Positions 51,683 through 62,700 of a stretch of 64,000 bases of DNA are shown piece after piece. Source of the DNA: Gammaproteobacteria bacterium. GTDB lineage: Bacteria; Pseudomonadota; Gammaproteobacteria; Eutrophobiales; Eutrophobiaceae. The stretch is taken from the NCBI GenBank assembly GCA_963422205.2, contig CAXMWX010000003.1, forward strand, positions 64,001 through 128,000. Direction: 5' to 3'. Numbering within the stretch: the first letter of the stretch is position 1; the number at the start of each line of letters is the position of its first letter. Position numbers and translations under genes: made by a program. The notes below the pieces were generated by a model. That model ran no database searches. It saw only the letters and a program-made list of their open reading frames with translations, and was not told where the DNA came from.

Positions 51683-52071
51683 TGTCAAATCCTCAGGCTC
51701 TCTTTAGTTAAGTACGCTGATCATGTGGCGTATCATCTGGCTTGTCTACGCCAGCATGGCACGCTGTCAGATTAGGTAAAATCCGACTGCCACCATAGCA
51801 ATGTCCGGCGATTTTGCCTAGCCCTGAATTAATTATCCATTATCTGCTGCCGGATACAGGAAATCGAGAGTCCCAGGTTGAACACTTGAGCGCTTATCTT
51901 ACGCCTTACCGCTCGCCAGGCCATGCAGCGCTCACCCCAATGGGCGATACCACCGATACGGCTGGCAGGCGCACAACAGCCGCTTGATGATGTTTGATGA
52001 TAATGGGGGCATGGTCAGGCCACCGTCCGCCTGCCCGGCCTGACGGCCTGGGGATATCATGTCTTGCTTAA

Positions 52072-52121
52072 ATACCTGAGTAATTTAGTCGGAAAAATAC
52101 TTGACTGATTTAGTCAGATAT
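52072..52121. promoter_or_regulatory. Two tandem IscR type 1 operators overlapping a -35 TTGACT
   Basis: ATACCTGAGTAATTTAGTCGGAAAA (52072-52096) and ATACTTGACTGATTTAGTCAGATAT (52097-52121) vs ATASYYGACTRWWWYAGTCRRSTAT. Confidence 0.85.
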
Positions 52122-52165
52122 GTGATCCTGTGCGCCTTTAACCACCATCAGCAACCAGGCAGGTC

Positions 52166-52630
52166 GTGATGCGTTTGACAACCAAAGGCCGCTATGCTGT
52201 CACCGCCATGCTGGACTTGGCCCTGCACGACAGCCAGGGCCCGATCAATCTGGCCGATATCGCCTCCCGGCAGGGGATCTCGCTGCCGTATCTGGAGCAG
52301 TTGTTTTCCCGTCTGCGCCGATGCGGTCTGGTGTGCAGTGCGCGCGGGCCTGGCGGTGGCTACCGTCTGCACCGGGCGATGCAGGACATCTCCGTGGCCG
52401 ATGTGATTCAGGCCGTGGATGAGGCCGTGGACGCCACACGTTGTGGTGGCAGTAAAAATTGTCAGGGCGATGAGACCTGCTTAACGCATGAGTTGTGGGA
52501 AGAGTTAAGCGACCGCATCACGACTTTTTTAAGCGACATCAGCCTGGCCAATCTGGTGCAGCGCCAGACTGTACGGCGGGTATCCCAACGCCAGGAGCAG
52601 GCCCTGCTGCACATGCCGATAAATCAGTGA
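52166..52630 (+). CDS. iscR: Fe-S cluster regulator IscR (Rrf2)
   Basis: [26 protein letters not shown]-x5-C-x5-C-LTH. Confidence 0.95.
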   Translation: MMRLTTKGRYAVTAMLDLALHDSQGPINLADIASRQGISLPYLEQLFSRLRRCGLVCSARGPGGGYRLHRAMQDISVADVIQAVDEAVDATRCGGSKNCQGDETCLTHELWEELSDRITTFLSDISLANLVQRQTVRRVSQRQEQALLHMPINQ

Positions 52631-52644
52631 AGAGCAGAGACATC

Positions 52645-52998
52645 ATGAACACAGCAGATATTGTATTAACAGAGCGAGCTGCAAACCATGTCAAAAACTT
52701 TCTGGCAACGCAGGCGATGGGTGTTGGCCTGCGGGTGGCGGTAAAAACGACAGGCTGTTCCGGTCATCAATATGTCGTTGAGATGGCCAAGTCTGTTGGC
52801 GAGCAGGATACAACCTTTGAATCCAACGGCGTCAAGATCGTTGTTGATGCGTTGAGCCTGCGTTATCTCAAAGGCACGGAGATGGACTATGTCAAAGAGG
52901 GCATCAATGAGATATTTAAATTCAACAATCCCAATGTGGCCGAGACCTGTGGGTGTGGTGAAAGTTTCAGCATCGCCGAACCCCCGCAGGATAAATAG
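52645..52998 (+). CDS. A-type Fe-S carrier (IscA/SufA)
   Basis: TTGCSG, CGCGESF. Confidence 0.93.
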   Translation: MNTADIVLTERAANHVKNFLATQAMGVGLRVAVKTTGCSGHQYVVEMAKSVGEQDTTFESNGVKIVVDALSLRYLKGTEMDYVKEGINEIFKFNNPNVAETCGCGESFSIAEPPQDK

Positions 52999-53023
52999 CG
53001 AACGTCAACCCGGAGAGATACAG

Positions 53024-54472
53024 ATGCCCAGTGAAGCCCAGGAAGTCGAACAACTGATTCAGAAGGAATACGAGCACGGCTTTGTCACCGATATCGCCAC
53101 CGATACCGTCCCGCCCGGCTTAAATGAGGACGTCATACGCCACATCTCGGCCAAGAAAAATGAACCGGGCTGGTTGTTGCAGTGGCGCCTGGATGCTTAC
53201 CGCAAATGGCTGAAGATGACACCGCCCGCCTGGGCGCACGTCCAGCACGAGGCGATCGACTACCAGGCCATCTCGTATTACTCCGCTCCCAAATCCAAAG
53301 ACGATGCACCCAGAAGCCTGGATGAGGTTGATCCGAAATTGCTGGAGACCTATGAGAAACTGGGCATTCCTTTACATGAGCAAAAGATGCTGGTGGGGGT
53401 GGCGGTGGATGCTGTGTTTGACAGCGTCTCGGTCGCCACTACCTTCAAGGAGAAGCTGGCTGAGGCGGGGGTCATCTTCTGCTCGTTCTCAGAGGCCGTG
53501 CAAACGCATCCTGAGCTGGTAAAGCAATATCTTGGCTCAGTCGTGCCGACCGGCGATAATTTCTACGCCGCCCTGAACTCGGCGGTCTTCACCGATGGTT
53601 CGTTTTGTTACATTCCGAAAAACACCCGTTGCCCGATGGAATTGTCGACATATTTCCGGATCAATGCGGCCAATACCGGCCAGTTTGAAAGGACGCTGAT
53701 CGTGGCTGATGTCGGCAGCCATGTCAGCTATCTGGAAGGCTGCACGGCACCGATGCGCGATGAGAATCAGTTACATGCGGCGGTGGTGGAGTTGGTGGCG
53801 CTGGATGATGCCGAGATAAAATATTCCACCGTGCAGAACTGGTACCCCGGCGATGAGAACGGTATCGGCGGTATTTATAACTTTGTCACCAAGCGGGGCG
53901 ATTGCCGCGGTGCGAACGCGAAAATCTGCTGGACACAGGTAGAGACTGGCTCGGCGATTACCTGGAAATACCCCAGTTGTATTCTTCGGGGCGAGAACTC
54001 CACCGGCGAATTTTATTCTGTGGCGGTCGCCAATCACCACCAGCAGGCCGACACCGGCACCAAGATGATTCATCTGGGCAAGAACACCCGCAGCACGATC
54101 ATCGCCAAGGGGATCTCTGCAAGACAGGGGCAAAATGCCTACCGGGGTCTGGTACACATCGGCAGTCATGCCGAATCGGCACGCAACTATACGCAATGCG
54201 ATTCCCTGCTCATGGGCGATCAATGCGGGGCGCACACCTTCCCTTATGTGGAGAGCAAGAACGCCAGCGCACAACTGGAGCATGAGGCCACGACCTCCAG
54301 GATAAGCGACGATCAACTGTTTTACTGTCGGCAACGCGGGATCGATGAGGAGGATGCGGTCAACATGATCGTCAACGGTTTTTGCAAAGCCGTGTTCAAG
54401 GAACTGCCGATGGAGTTTGCCGTTGAGGCGCAACGCCTGATGAATGTCACGCTGGAAGGGGCGGTTGGCTGA
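53024..54472 (+). CDS. sufB: Fe-S assembly protein SufB
   Basis: [33 protein letters not shown]. Confidence 0.97.
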   Translation: MPSEAQEVEQLIQKEYEHGFVTDIATDTVPPGLNEDVIRHISAKKNEPGWLLQWRLDAYRKWLKMTPPAWAHVQHEAIDYQAISYYSAPKSKDDAPRSLDEVDPKLLETYEKLGIPLHEQKMLVGVAVDAVFDSVSVATTFKEKLAEAGVIFCSFSEAVQTHPELVKQYLGSVVPTGDNFYAALNSAVFTDGSFCYIPKNTRCPMELSTYFRINAANTGQFERTLIVADVGSHVSYLEGCTAPMRDENQLHAAVVELVALDDAEIKYSTVQNWYPGDENGIGGIYNFVTKRGDCRGANAKICWTQVETGSAITWKYPSCILRGENSTGEFYSVAVANHHQQADTGTKMIHLGKNTRSTIIAKGISARQGQNAYRGLVHIGSHAESARNYTQCDSLLMGDQCGAHTFPYVESKNASAQLEHEATTSRISDDQLFYCRQRGIDEEDAVNMIVNGFCKAVFKELPMEFAVEAQRLMNVTLEGAVG

Positions 54473-54527
54473 TGGTTGGCTAATAACAGGCGCACGGCAA
54501 GCTAAGCAAAAGCAAACGAGGATAACG

Positions 54528-55283
54528 ATGTTAACGATAGATAATTTACAGGTCAAAGTGAAAGGCAAGCAGATTCTGCACGGCCTCGCGCTAACGGTTA
54601 AGCCCGGCGAGGTGCATGCGGTCATGGGGCCGAATGGCTCAGGCAAGAGCACCCTGGCCAATGTCCTGGCTGGCCGTGAGGGTTATGACGTGACTGCCGG
54701 CACAGTCAGCTACCAGGGGCAGGACCTGCTGGCACTGCCGCCGGAGGCACGCGCCCGTGCAGGCGTGTTTCTGGCCTTTCAGTACCCGGTGGAAATTCCG
54801 GGCGTCAATAATATTTATTTGCTCAAGGCGGCGGTCAATGCCATACGGGTGCATCGGGGCGAGGGCGAGTTGGATGCGGTTGATTTCCTCAAACTGGTGC
54901 GGGAGAAGATGCGTATCGTCAACATGCAGGAAGAGCTGCTTAACCGCTCTGTGAACGAGGGTTTCTCTGGCGGCGAGAAGAAGCGCAACGAGATCTTTCA
55001 GATGGCGGTGCTGGAGCCAACGCTGGCCATCCTGGATGAGACCGATTCCGGCCTGGATATTGATGCCCTGAAGGTGGTGGCTGAAGGGGTCAACAGCTTG
55101 CGTAACGAACACCGCGCGATCGTCCTGGTCACACATTATCAGCGCCTGCTGAATTATATCGTGCCGGATCACGTGCATGTGTTATCTGCTGGTCGCATTA
55201 TCAAATCCGGCGATAAGAACCTGGCCGTTGCACTGGAAGAGAAAGGCTATGACTGGGTCAGGCAGGAGGCCGAGGCCGCATGA
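54528..55283 (+). CDS. sufC: Fe-S assembly ATPase SufC
   Basis: GPNGSGKS, FSGGEKKRNE, LDETDSGLD. Confidence 0.97.
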   Translation: MLTIDNLQVKVKGKQILHGLALTVKPGEVHAVMGPNGSGKSTLANVLAGREGYDVTAGTVSYQGQDLLALPPEARARAGVFLAFQYPVEIPGVNNIYLLKAAVNAIRVHRGEGELDAVDFLKLVREKMRIVNMQEELLNRSVNEGFSGGEKKRNEIFQMAVLEPTLAILDETDSGLDIDALKVVAEGVNSLRNEHRAIVLVTHYQRLLNYIVPDHVHVLSAGRIIKSGDKNLAVALEEKGYDWVRQEAEAA

Positions 55284-56596
55284 GTGAACTTGCTGTTAAG
55301 CATTATGCCGATGAGTTCGCCCGCACCCGGAACGAACACCCGGGCGCAGCGTTGGGTGAGCAGGCGATGGCCTTCATACAGACCCAGGGCTTCCCCACCA
55401 CCCGGCAGGAAAACTGGCGCTATACGGATGTTAAGAATATTACCCGGCGCCGGTTTTGCACGATCAATGCGCCCCGTCCGGACCCTGCCTTGCTTGACTC
55501 CAGCCGCTTTGGCGATCTGCACTGCCATGAATTACGCTTTATCAACGGCAGACACATTGACGCAGCGCCTGATCCTGCCGTGCTGCCTGAGGGCGTCACA
55601 GCACGCCCGCTACTGGTCGCATTGGAGCAGCAGCCTGAGCTGATCAAGCATCTCGGTGCAGAGACAGAAAAGGGCTATAAACATGCGTTCACCGCCCTGA
55701 ACCTTGCCCTGGTTACCGGCGGTGTGGTGATTGAGGTGGCGGATAATACCGAGCTGACTGTCCCCATTAACCTGTTGTATATGGCGAACCAGCAGGCCGA
55801 TGCCATCGCCGCCTGTCCGTTTAACCTGATTCTGATGGGCCGGCACAGCAAGGCCACGGTGATCGAAAGCTATATCGGCGCAGAAGGGGCGGAATACTTC
55901 ACCAACACCCGCACCTCTATCCATGCCGCTGCCGGTGCCGCATTGACTCATTATAAAATTCAGCAGGAATCGCTGCAGGCGTTTCATATCGGCCATACGC
56001 ATATTGTGCAGCGGCAGGACAGCACGGTGACCTCACATTCCCTTGCCCTGGGCGGTGCGCTGGCCCGTAACGATATTGATGTGGCCCTGGCCGAGGCCGG
56101 TGCACACGTCAACCTGAACGGCCTGTACATGACCCATGGGCGTCAGCATGTGGATAATCATACCCATGTTGATCATCTGGCCTCACACACCCGCAGTAAT
56201 GAAATTTATCGTGGCGTCATGAACGATCATTCCCGTGCGGTATTCAATGGCAAGGTGGTAGTACACCAGCAGGCGCAAAGAATTGAAGCGCATCAATCCA
56301 ATGCCAACCTGCTGCTGTCTGACCATGCCGAGATTGATACCAAGCCCGAGCTTGAAATCTATGCAGATGATGTCAAGTGCAGTCACGGTGCCACCGTTGG
56401 CCAGTTGGATGAGGACATGTTGTTTTATCTTCGCACAAGAGCCATTGATGAGAAGACAGCGAGCAGTTTATTGATCTATGCCTTTGCCGATGAGGTGATC
56501 AGGCGCATTGATATTTCGCAGATCCGGGAGCATCTCGAATACAGCGTTGTTGGCAAGCTGCCCGACAGCACGTTAATCAAGGCATTTATCTCATGA
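55280..56596 (+). CDS. sufD: Fe-S assembly protein SufD
   Basis: E.WRYT, KPELEIYADDVKCSHGAT. Confidence 0.95.
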   Translation: MSELAVKHYADEFARTRNEHPGAALGEQAMAFIQTQGFPTTRQENWRYTDVKNITRRRFCTINAPRPDPALLDSSRFGDLHCHELRFINGRHIDAAPDPAVLPEGVTARPLLVALEQQPELIKHLGAETEKGYKHAFTALNLALVTGGVVIEVADNTELTVPINLLYMANQQADAIAACPFNLILMGRHSKATVIESYIGAEGAEYFTNTRTSIHAAAGAALTHYKIQQESLQAFHIGHTHIVQRQDSTVTSHSLALGGALARNDIDVALAEAGAHVNLNGLYMTHGRQHVDNHTHVDHLASHTRSNEIYRGVMNDHSRAVFNGKVVVHQQAQRIEAHQSNANLLLSDHAEIDTKPELEIYADDVKCSHGATVGQLDEDMLFYLRTRAIDEKTASSLLIYAFADEVIRRIDISQIREHLEYSVVGKLPDSTLIKAFIS

Positions 56597-57852
56597 TGCA
56601 GAGTAACACAGCGAGGCGATTGCAGGATAAAACGGCATTTGATGCAGCCCATTATCGTTGCGACTTCCCCATTCTGACCCAGCAGGTGCATGGCAAGCCG
56701 CTTGTCTATCTGGATAATGCGGCTACCACGCAGAAACCGTTAGCCGTCATAGAAACCCTGAATGCGTATTATCGTCAGTACAACTCAAACATCCATCGTG
56801 GCCTGCACAGCTTGAGTGAACAGGCGACCGCTGCCTATGAGGCCAGCCGTGAGAAGACTCGCCGGTTCATCAATGCCGCTGCCACGACAGAGATTATTTT
56901 TACCCGGGGTGCCACAGAGGCGATCAACCTGGTTGCCCAGACCTGGGGGCGCGCTCATCTTAAACCCGGTGATGAGATCATCGTCTCGGAGATGGAACAT
57001 CACGCCAACATCGTACCCTGGCAGATGCTGTGCGAACAGACAGGTGCTGTGCTGAGGGTTATCCCCATTAACGCAGCGGGCGAGATCATGCTTGAGGACT
57101 ATGAGCGCTTGTTGAATGTACGCACCCGGCTGGTGGCGATAGTGCATATCTCCAATGCCCTGGGAACGATTAATCCGGTGCAGTCCATGATCAGCAAAGC
57201 CAAAGCCGTGAATGCGGTCACACTGATCGATGGCGCACAGTCAGTGCCGCATGAAAAAATTGATGTGCAGGGGCTTGGCTGTGATTTTTTTGTCTTCTCC
57301 GGCCATAAATTATTTGGCCCCACCGGTATTGGTGTGTTGTACGGCAGAGAAGCATTGCTTGAGGCCATGCCGCCTTATCAGGGGGGAGGTGATATGATAA
57401 AAATGGTCACCTTTGAGAAGACACAATACAATGCCCTGCCGCATAAATTCGAGGCTGGCACGCCGCACATTGCCGGTGCCATCGGTTTGGGTGCTGCCAT
57501 GGATTACCTTGACAATATGGATTTCTCCCGGCTGGCTGAATATGAACAGGATCTTCTGGGCTATGCCACGGATGCCGCCAGCACTGTCGCTGGCCTTAAA
57601 CTCATCGGCACGGCAAAACATAAAACCAGCATCCTGTCATTTATCATATCGGGTATTCATCCGCATGATCTCGGTACGATACTGGACAATGAAGGCATTG
57701 CCATTCGGGCCGGACACCACTGTGCCATGCCGGTCATGGACAGGTTCAACGTCCCGGCAACCGCCCGTGCCTCTTTTGCCTTCTACAATACCCGAACCGA
57801 AGTCGATGTCCTGATCAATGCCATAGACAAGGCAAAGCGGATTTTCTCCTGA
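56593..57852 (+). CDS. sufS: Group II cysteine desulfurase SufS
   Basis: YLDNAATTQKP, SGHK, RAGHHCA. Confidence 0.96.
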   Translation: MMQSNTARRLQDKTAFDAAHYRCDFPILTQQVHGKPLVYLDNAATTQKPLAVIETLNAYYRQYNSNIHRGLHSLSEQATAAYEASREKTRRFINAAATTEIIFTRGATEAINLVAQTWGRAHLKPGDEIIVSEMEHHANIVPWQMLCEQTGAVLRVIPINAAGEIMLEDYERLLNVRTRLVAIVHISNALGTINPVQSMISKAKAVNAVTLIDGAQSVPHEKIDVQGLGCDFFVFSGHKLFGPTGIGVLYGREALLEAMPPYQGGGDMIKMVTFEKTQYNALPHKFEAGTPHIAGAIGLGAAMDYLDNMDFSRLAEYEQDLLGYATDAASTVAGLKLIGTAKHKTSILSFIISGIHPHDLGTILDNEGIAIRAGHHCAMPVMDRFNVPATARASFAFYNTRTEVDVLINAIDKAKRIFS

Positions 57853-57860
57853 CACGTATC

Positions 57861-58310
57861 ATGTTTGATCTGAAAGACCTGTATCAGGAAGTGATCGTTG
57901 ATCACAACAGAAGCCCGCGCAACTTTGGCAAACTGGAGGATGCCGATACTGCCCTGGAAGGCTTTAATCCGCTGTGTGGCGATCGCCTCACCCTGTATCT
58001 CAAAGTCGCTGATGAGCGCATCAACGATATCCGTTTTGATGGTAACGGCTGTGCCATCTCCATGGCATCCGCCTCGCTGATGACCGAGGCCATGCACGGC
58101 AAAAACATCAGCGAAGCTGCGGCAATTTTTGCAGAATTTCATGCCATGGTCACTGCCGCCGACAGCGAGATAGACCCAGAGAAGCTGGGCAAACTCGCCG
58201 CCCTTGCGGGTGTCAGAGACTATCCTTCCCGGGTGAAATGCGCCACCTTATGCTGGCATACGCTTAACTCCGCCATTCATGGCAACCAGAGCCCGGTAAC
58301 CACAGAGTGA
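57861..58310 (+). CDS. sufU: SufU-type sulfur transfer/scaffold protein
   Basis: NPLCGD, GCAISMAS, RVKCA. Confidence 0.92.
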   Translation: MFDLKDLYQEVIVDHNRSPRNFGKLEDADTALEGFNPLCGDRLTLYLKVADERINDIRFDGNGCAISMASASLMTEAMHGKNISEAAAIFAEFHAMVTAADSEIDPEKLGKLAALAGVRDYPSRVKCATLCWHTLNSAIHGNQSPVTTE

Positions 58311-58864
58311 ACATGTACCAACAGGAACCGGTGACCGTCATCAGAGAGTGTGAGGCGATACTCATCCCCACCGGCACGCCCATTACCTTGCCGGAGCACA
58401 CCGTGGTGTTTATTACGCAGGCATTAGGAGGCAACTACACGGTGAATGTCAACGGCAACTTGGCGCAGGTTGGTGCTAAAGATGCCGATGCCCTGGGTTT
58501 CGATATCCCGGATGAACTCACCGAAGAGCAACTTCCCAATGCCGATGGCTCGGTTAATGAGGAGCACTTATGGGCGCAAATGCGTACCTGTTATGATCCG
58601 GAGATTCCCATCAATGTCGTTGACCTGGGGTTGATCTATGGCTGTGAGATCGGCACGGGCGCCAGCGGCGAGAATGAGATCAGCGTGCTGATGACGCTGA
58701 CTGCCCCCGGCTGTGGCATGGGCGATTTTCTGGCCGCCGATGTCCGCAGCAAACTTGAAGCCGTGCCCAATGTCGACAGCGTGCATGTTGAGCTGACGTT
58801 TGACCCTCCCTGGGATCAGGCCATGATGAGCGATGCTGCACGCCTTGAAGCCGGGCTTTACTGA
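58307..58864 (+). CDS. sufT: SufT (DUF59/PaaD-like) Fe-S maturation protein
   Basis: ITQALGG, DPEIPINVVDLGLIY, TLTAPGC. Confidence 0.9.
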   Translation: MNMYQQEPVTVIRECEAILIPTGTPITLPEHTVVFITQALGGNYTVNVNGNLAQVGAKDADALGFDIPDELTEEQLPNADGSVNEEHLWAQMRTCYDPEIPINVVDLGLIYGCEIGTGASGENEISVLMTLTAPGCGMGDFLAADVRSKLEAVPNVDSVHVELTFDPPWDQAMMSDAARLEAGLY

Positions 58865-58882
58865 GCCTAAGGGCAGCCGCCG

Positions 58883-59221
58883 ATGGCCGACTGGGTGGAT
58901 GTCGACAGGATAGAGAATTTCTCCGCCGGGGATGCCCGGCTTGTCGATGTAAATGACACCATGATAGCGGTCTACAACATAGCCGGCGAGTTCCATGCGC
59001 TTGAAGACCGCTGTACCCATGATGGCTCGGCCATACTCGGAAGCGGCCTCAAACCCGCCGAGCTTGTCAACGGCGATGAGTTGACCTGCCCCTATCATGG
59101 TGCTGTGTTCTGCATCCGCACAGGGGCGGCGCTGGCACCGCCCGCCTATGAGCCGGTCACCTGCTTCCCGGTGCGGGTTGAACAGGGCATGGTGCAAGTC
59201 TGCGATCCGCGCTGGGATTGA
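58883..59221 (+). CDS. Rieske-type ferredoxin
   Basis: CTH...CPYH. Confidence 0.9.
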   Translation: MADWVDVDRIENFSAGDARLVDVNDTMIAVYNIAGEFHALEDRCTHDGSAILGSGLKPAELVNGDELTCPYHGAVFCIRTGAALAPPAYEPVTCFPVRVEQGMVQVCDPRWD

Positions 59222-59336
59222 TAAAAGTTCATAAAAATCAATAGTTACAGGAATTACATTTTATTCAGGGAACGAATAAACGTATAATTCCGCCTCCTGT
59301 AACCTGTAGGCGATTGACTCTGTGGAGTGCCACCTG

Positions 59337-59777
59337 ATGCCCGTGCAAAAGACTTTATCCATCATCAAGCCCGATGCCGTTGCAAAGAATATGATGGGTG
59401 CCATCTATCAGCGCTTTGAGCAGGCCGGGCTAAGGATCATTGCCGCTAAAATGCTGCACCTGACCGAGCAGCAGGCGGCCGACTTTTACGCCATACATGC
59501 CGACAAACCTTTTTTTCAGGAGTTGGTGAGCTTCATGACATCCGGCCCGGTCATGGTGCAGGTGCTGGAAGGCGAGGAGGCGATCCGGAAAAATCGCGAT
59601 CTCATGGGGGCAACCTTTCCCAAAGATGCCGCCGCCGGTACGATCCGGGCCGAGTTGTGTGATGTGCAAGGCGATCAGGGAGAGAACGCCGTGCATGGTT
59701 CAGATTCTAAGGAAAGTGCCGCGAGCGAGATCGCCTTTTTTTTCGCTGACGAGGAGCTCTGTCCGCGCACCAGATAA
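59337..59777 (+). CDS. ndk: Nucleoside diphosphate kinase
   Basis: [24 protein letters not shown]. Confidence 0.97.
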   Translation: MPVQKTLSIIKPDAVAKNMMGAIYQRFEQAGLRIIAAKMLHLTEQQAADFYAIHADKPFFQELVSFMTSGPVMVQVLEGEEAIRKNRDLMGATFPKDAAAGTIRAELCDVQGDQGENAVHGSDSKESAASEIAFFFADEELCPRTR

Positions 59778-59783
59778 GCCGCC

Positions 59784-60902
59784 GTGGTGTCAACTATGAA
59801 CCTGTTCGACCTCAACCAATCTGCCATGCGCGATTATTTTGCCGGTATGGCAGAGCCACCTTTTCGCGCAGGCCAGGTGATGAGATGGGTATATCATCAA
59901 GGCATTACCGGGGTTGGCGAGATGACCAATCTGAGCAAACAATTACGCGCCCGTCTCGCCGCGCAAACCCATTCACATCTGCCGAAGATCATTGCCGAGC
60001 AACTCTCACAGGATGGCACCAGAAAATGGCTGATGCAGATAGAGGGCGGGGGCGCTGTCGAATCTGTGTTCATCCCGGAGGCCGAGCGAGGAACTTTATG
60101 TATCTCATCGCAGGCGGGCTGTGCCTTGAACTGTGCGTTTTGTTCAACGGGTAAGCAGGGGTATAACCGCAACCTGTCCGTTGCCGAGATCATTGGCCAG
60201 CTTTGGCAGGCAAACAAGACGCTGGGGTATTTTGACAAGCAAACCCCGGATAAGAAAACCAGGCCGCAGGCGCGGATTATCAGTAATGTGGTGATGATGG
60301 GTATGGGCGAGCCGCTGCTGAATTTTGATAACGTCATCGCCGCCATGGACTTGATGAGCGATGATCTGGGGTTTGGCCTGGCAAACAAACGTATCACGTT
60401 AAGCACCGCTGGTGTGGTGCCTGGCATCTACAAGCTGGCCCGGCAAAGCAACGTCAGCCTGGCTATCTCTCTGCACGCTGTCAGTGATGCGTTGCGCGAT
60501 GTTTTGCTGCCAATCAATCAAGCCTACCCGATTGCCGAATTGCTCAAGGCATGTCGCTATTACAGTGATATGCACAAGGGGGCTTCGGTGACGTTTGAAT
60601 ACATTATGCTGCATAATGTGAATGATACGGAGCATGATGCGAGAGCGCTGGCGAGGCTCATGCGTACCCTGCCCGCCAAGGTTAACCTCATCCCGTTTAA
60701 TGATTTTCCGGGCGGTGAGTTTGCCTGCTCGCCGAGGCAGAAGATCGATAAATTCCGCGATATTTTGCTTAAATCAGATATCATCACCATCACAAGAAAG
60801 ACCCGTGGCGATGATATTAATGCCGCCTGCGGGCAACTTGTCGGTAAGGTCATCCCCCGTGCAGGCAGATATAACAAACAACAGGTGATGCGATCATGCT
60901 GA
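59784..60902 (+). CDS. rlmN: 23S rRNA/tRNA m2A methyltransferase RlmN
   Basis: CALNCAFC, MGMGEP, AACGQL. Confidence 0.97.
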   Translation: MVSTMNLFDLNQSAMRDYFAGMAEPPFRAGQVMRWVYHQGITGVGEMTNLSKQLRARLAAQTHSHLPKIIAEQLSQDGTRKWLMQIEGGGAVESVFIPEAERGTLCISSQAGCALNCAFCSTGKQGYNRNLSVAEIIGQLWQANKTLGYFDKQTPDKKTRPQARIISNVVMMGMGEPLLNFDNVIAAMDLMSDDLGFGLANKRITLSTAGVVPGIYKLARQSNVSLAISLHAVSDALRDVLLPINQAYPIAELLKACRYYSDMHKGASVTFEYIMLHNVNDTEHDARALARLMRTLPAKVNLIPFNDFPGGEFACSPRQKIDKFRDILLKSDIITITRKTRGDDINAACGQLVGKVIPRAGRYNKQQVMRSC

Positions 60903-61657
60903 AAAGAATCATTTTTCTGGGGGTTTTACTTATCGGCGGATGCAGCAGCAACCCGAACCGTGATGCCGATATAAAACCCAGAGAAAAAGGCAACGAAGCG
61001 GCTATGGCCAACCTCAATCTGGCGATAGAATACATGCGCCGGGGCGAATATGAGCTGGCGCTTAACAAGATGGAACGTGCACGCCAGGCCGACCCGGAAT
61101 ACTACGCCACCTATAATGCCTTCGGCCTGTTGTACCAGCGGCTGGGCGATCCCAGGGAAGCCGAGAGAAACTTTAAAAAAGCCCTGTCATTAAGCGATAC
61201 AGATTCGGCCACCTTGAATAACTATGGCAGACTGCTGTGCCAGCAGGGGAGACTGCAACGGGCGGAGGAGACCTTTCTAAAAGCAGCACAGAACCCGTTA
61301 TATGCCACGCCCGATGTGCCGTTGAGCAATATCGCCCGCTGCCTGTATCTGAACGGACAAACCCCGGCGGCTGAAAAATATTTCCTTCAGGCCCTGGATA
61401 TCAACCCGCAGGGAACGATCGCCTTGCTGGACTTGAGCCAGATCAATTTTGACAGGCAAAATTATCTGGCTGCACGAACTTATATACAACGCTATGCCAG
61501 GATCGCCAGACATACCGCCGATAGCCTGTTGTTGGGCATTCAGATAGCACAGCAACTGGGCGATGAGAATGCCGTGTCCAGCTATGCCCTGCAACTGCGA
61601 AATAACTTCCCTGATTCACAGGCAGCACAGACCCTGGAATCCATGGGTATCCGTTAA
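60896..61657 (+). CDS. pilW: Type IV pilus biogenesis TPR lipoprotein PilW/PilF
   Basis: Lipobox IGGC, TPR repeats, LNNYG.LLC, NPLY; synteny. Confidence 0.88.
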   Translation: MLKRIIFLGVLLIGGCSSNPNRDADIKPREKGNEAAMANLNLAIEYMRRGEYELALNKMERARQADPEYYATYNAFGLLYQRLGDPREAERNFKKALSLSDTDSATLNNYGRLLCQQGRLQRAEETFLKAAQNPLYATPDVPLSNIARCLYLNGQTPAAEKYFLQALDINPQGTIALLDLSQINFDRQNYLAARTYIQRYARIARHTADSLLLGIQIAQQLGDENAVSSYALQLRNNFPDSQAAQTLESMGIR

Positions 61658-61659
61658 TC

Positions 61660-62655
61660 ATGGCCGATGCCGGCAAATTTGTTATCGGCAAATCGCCGGG
61701 TGCCTGCCTTAAACAATTACGGGAAGAACAAGCCCTGTCCATACAGGACATCGCCAGCCGGTTATATCTTGAACCTGGCATTATTGAAGCACTGGAGGCG
61801 GATAATTTCGAACAGTTGGCCTCGGCAACGTATGTACGAGGTTATCTCCGCAGTTATACCCGGCTGCTGGGTGTCCCGCCCGATACCGTGCTGGCGATGT
61901 ATCAGAACGACTTTGCGCCCCGGCCACCGGAAATTATTCCTGAGGTTCAGCTGAAAAATCAGCAAACCAGCAGCCGTGACAAACCCGTGTTGTTTTTTTC
62001 TTATTTGGTGGTGTTTGTGCTGATACTCTTGTTTCTCGCCTGGTGGCAAAGTCATTTCGTATTGGAGACTAACCAGGATAATAGCCTGCCCGACAAGGCA
62101 GAGAGTAGCGGGCAGGCTGACAGCATGCCCGCCAGCCCCCCAAATATTGAGGAATCGGAGATCGAAGAATCAGAGGTCGAGGAACCGACCCCGACCAGTG
62201 CCCTTGCCGACACCATGCCGCTGTCCGCACCAACACCGGTGGAACAAACGGATTCGGCGCAAACCTGGACCATCGAAAATCCACCGGTTGCAGGCGATGA
62301 TGCGCCGACCATCCCCCCGAACACTGAGGCGATCCCGCAGGCCGGTCGTGATGCTGAAAGATCGGATGCAGAGACATCGCCCGCCGTGCCGGGTATTGAT
62401 GAGCGTGGCAGCGGCCCCGACACCGTGGAGATACAGCTCTATGCCGACTCCTGGGTTGAGGTATTCGATCATAACGATGAAAAAATCTATCTGAACCTTG
62501 GCCGCGCAGGCCAGACCCTGCTGCTGCATGGCACAGCACCGTTTAATGTCCTGATCGGTTTCTCACAAGGCGTGGCGATCAAGTTTAACGGTCAGGATTT
62601 CGATCCGGCCCCTTTCTCACGGGCAGGCATCGCCCGCTTCAGTCTTGGCAATTAA
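61660..62655 (+). CDS. rodZ: Cell shape protein RodZ
   Basis: N-terminal HTH with YVRGYLRSY, one TM helix, C-terminal DSWVEV domain. Confidence 0.9.
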   Translation: MADAGKFVIGKSPGACLKQLREEQALSIQDIASRLYLEPGIIEALEADNFEQLASATYVRGYLRSYTRLLGVPPDTVLAMYQNDFAPRPPEIIPEVQLKNQQTSSRDKPVLFFSYLVVFVLILLFLAWWQSHFVLETNQDNSLPDKAESSGQADSMPASPPNIEESEIEESEVEEPTPTSALADTMPLSAPTPVEQTDSAQTWTIENPPVAGDDAPTIPPNTEAIPQAGRDAERSDAETSPAVPGIDERGSGPDTVEIQLYADSWVEVFDHNDEKIYLNLGRAGQTLLLHGTAPFNVLIGFSQGVAIKFNGQDFDPAPFSRAGIARFSLGN

Positions 62656-62700
62656 CAACCCGCGGCCAGAGACGATGTATTGCGGCAGCCGGTGATCGGT

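Noticed and set aside
40329-51935. 11-bp direct repeat GCAGCGCTCAC (40329-40339, 51925-51935) as island boundaries
   Set aside because: Short enough to occur by chance in 64 kb, and the first copy lies upstream of the tRNA rather than at its 3' end
51690-52070. Long GST-iscR intergenic region as a possible sRNA or riboswitch
   Set aside because: Only short, weak hairpins; no recognisable RNA family motif by eye
62140-62190. Repeated IEESE IEESE VEE coding segment in rodZ
   Set aside because: Ordinary low-complexity linker expansion in a variable region of RodZ
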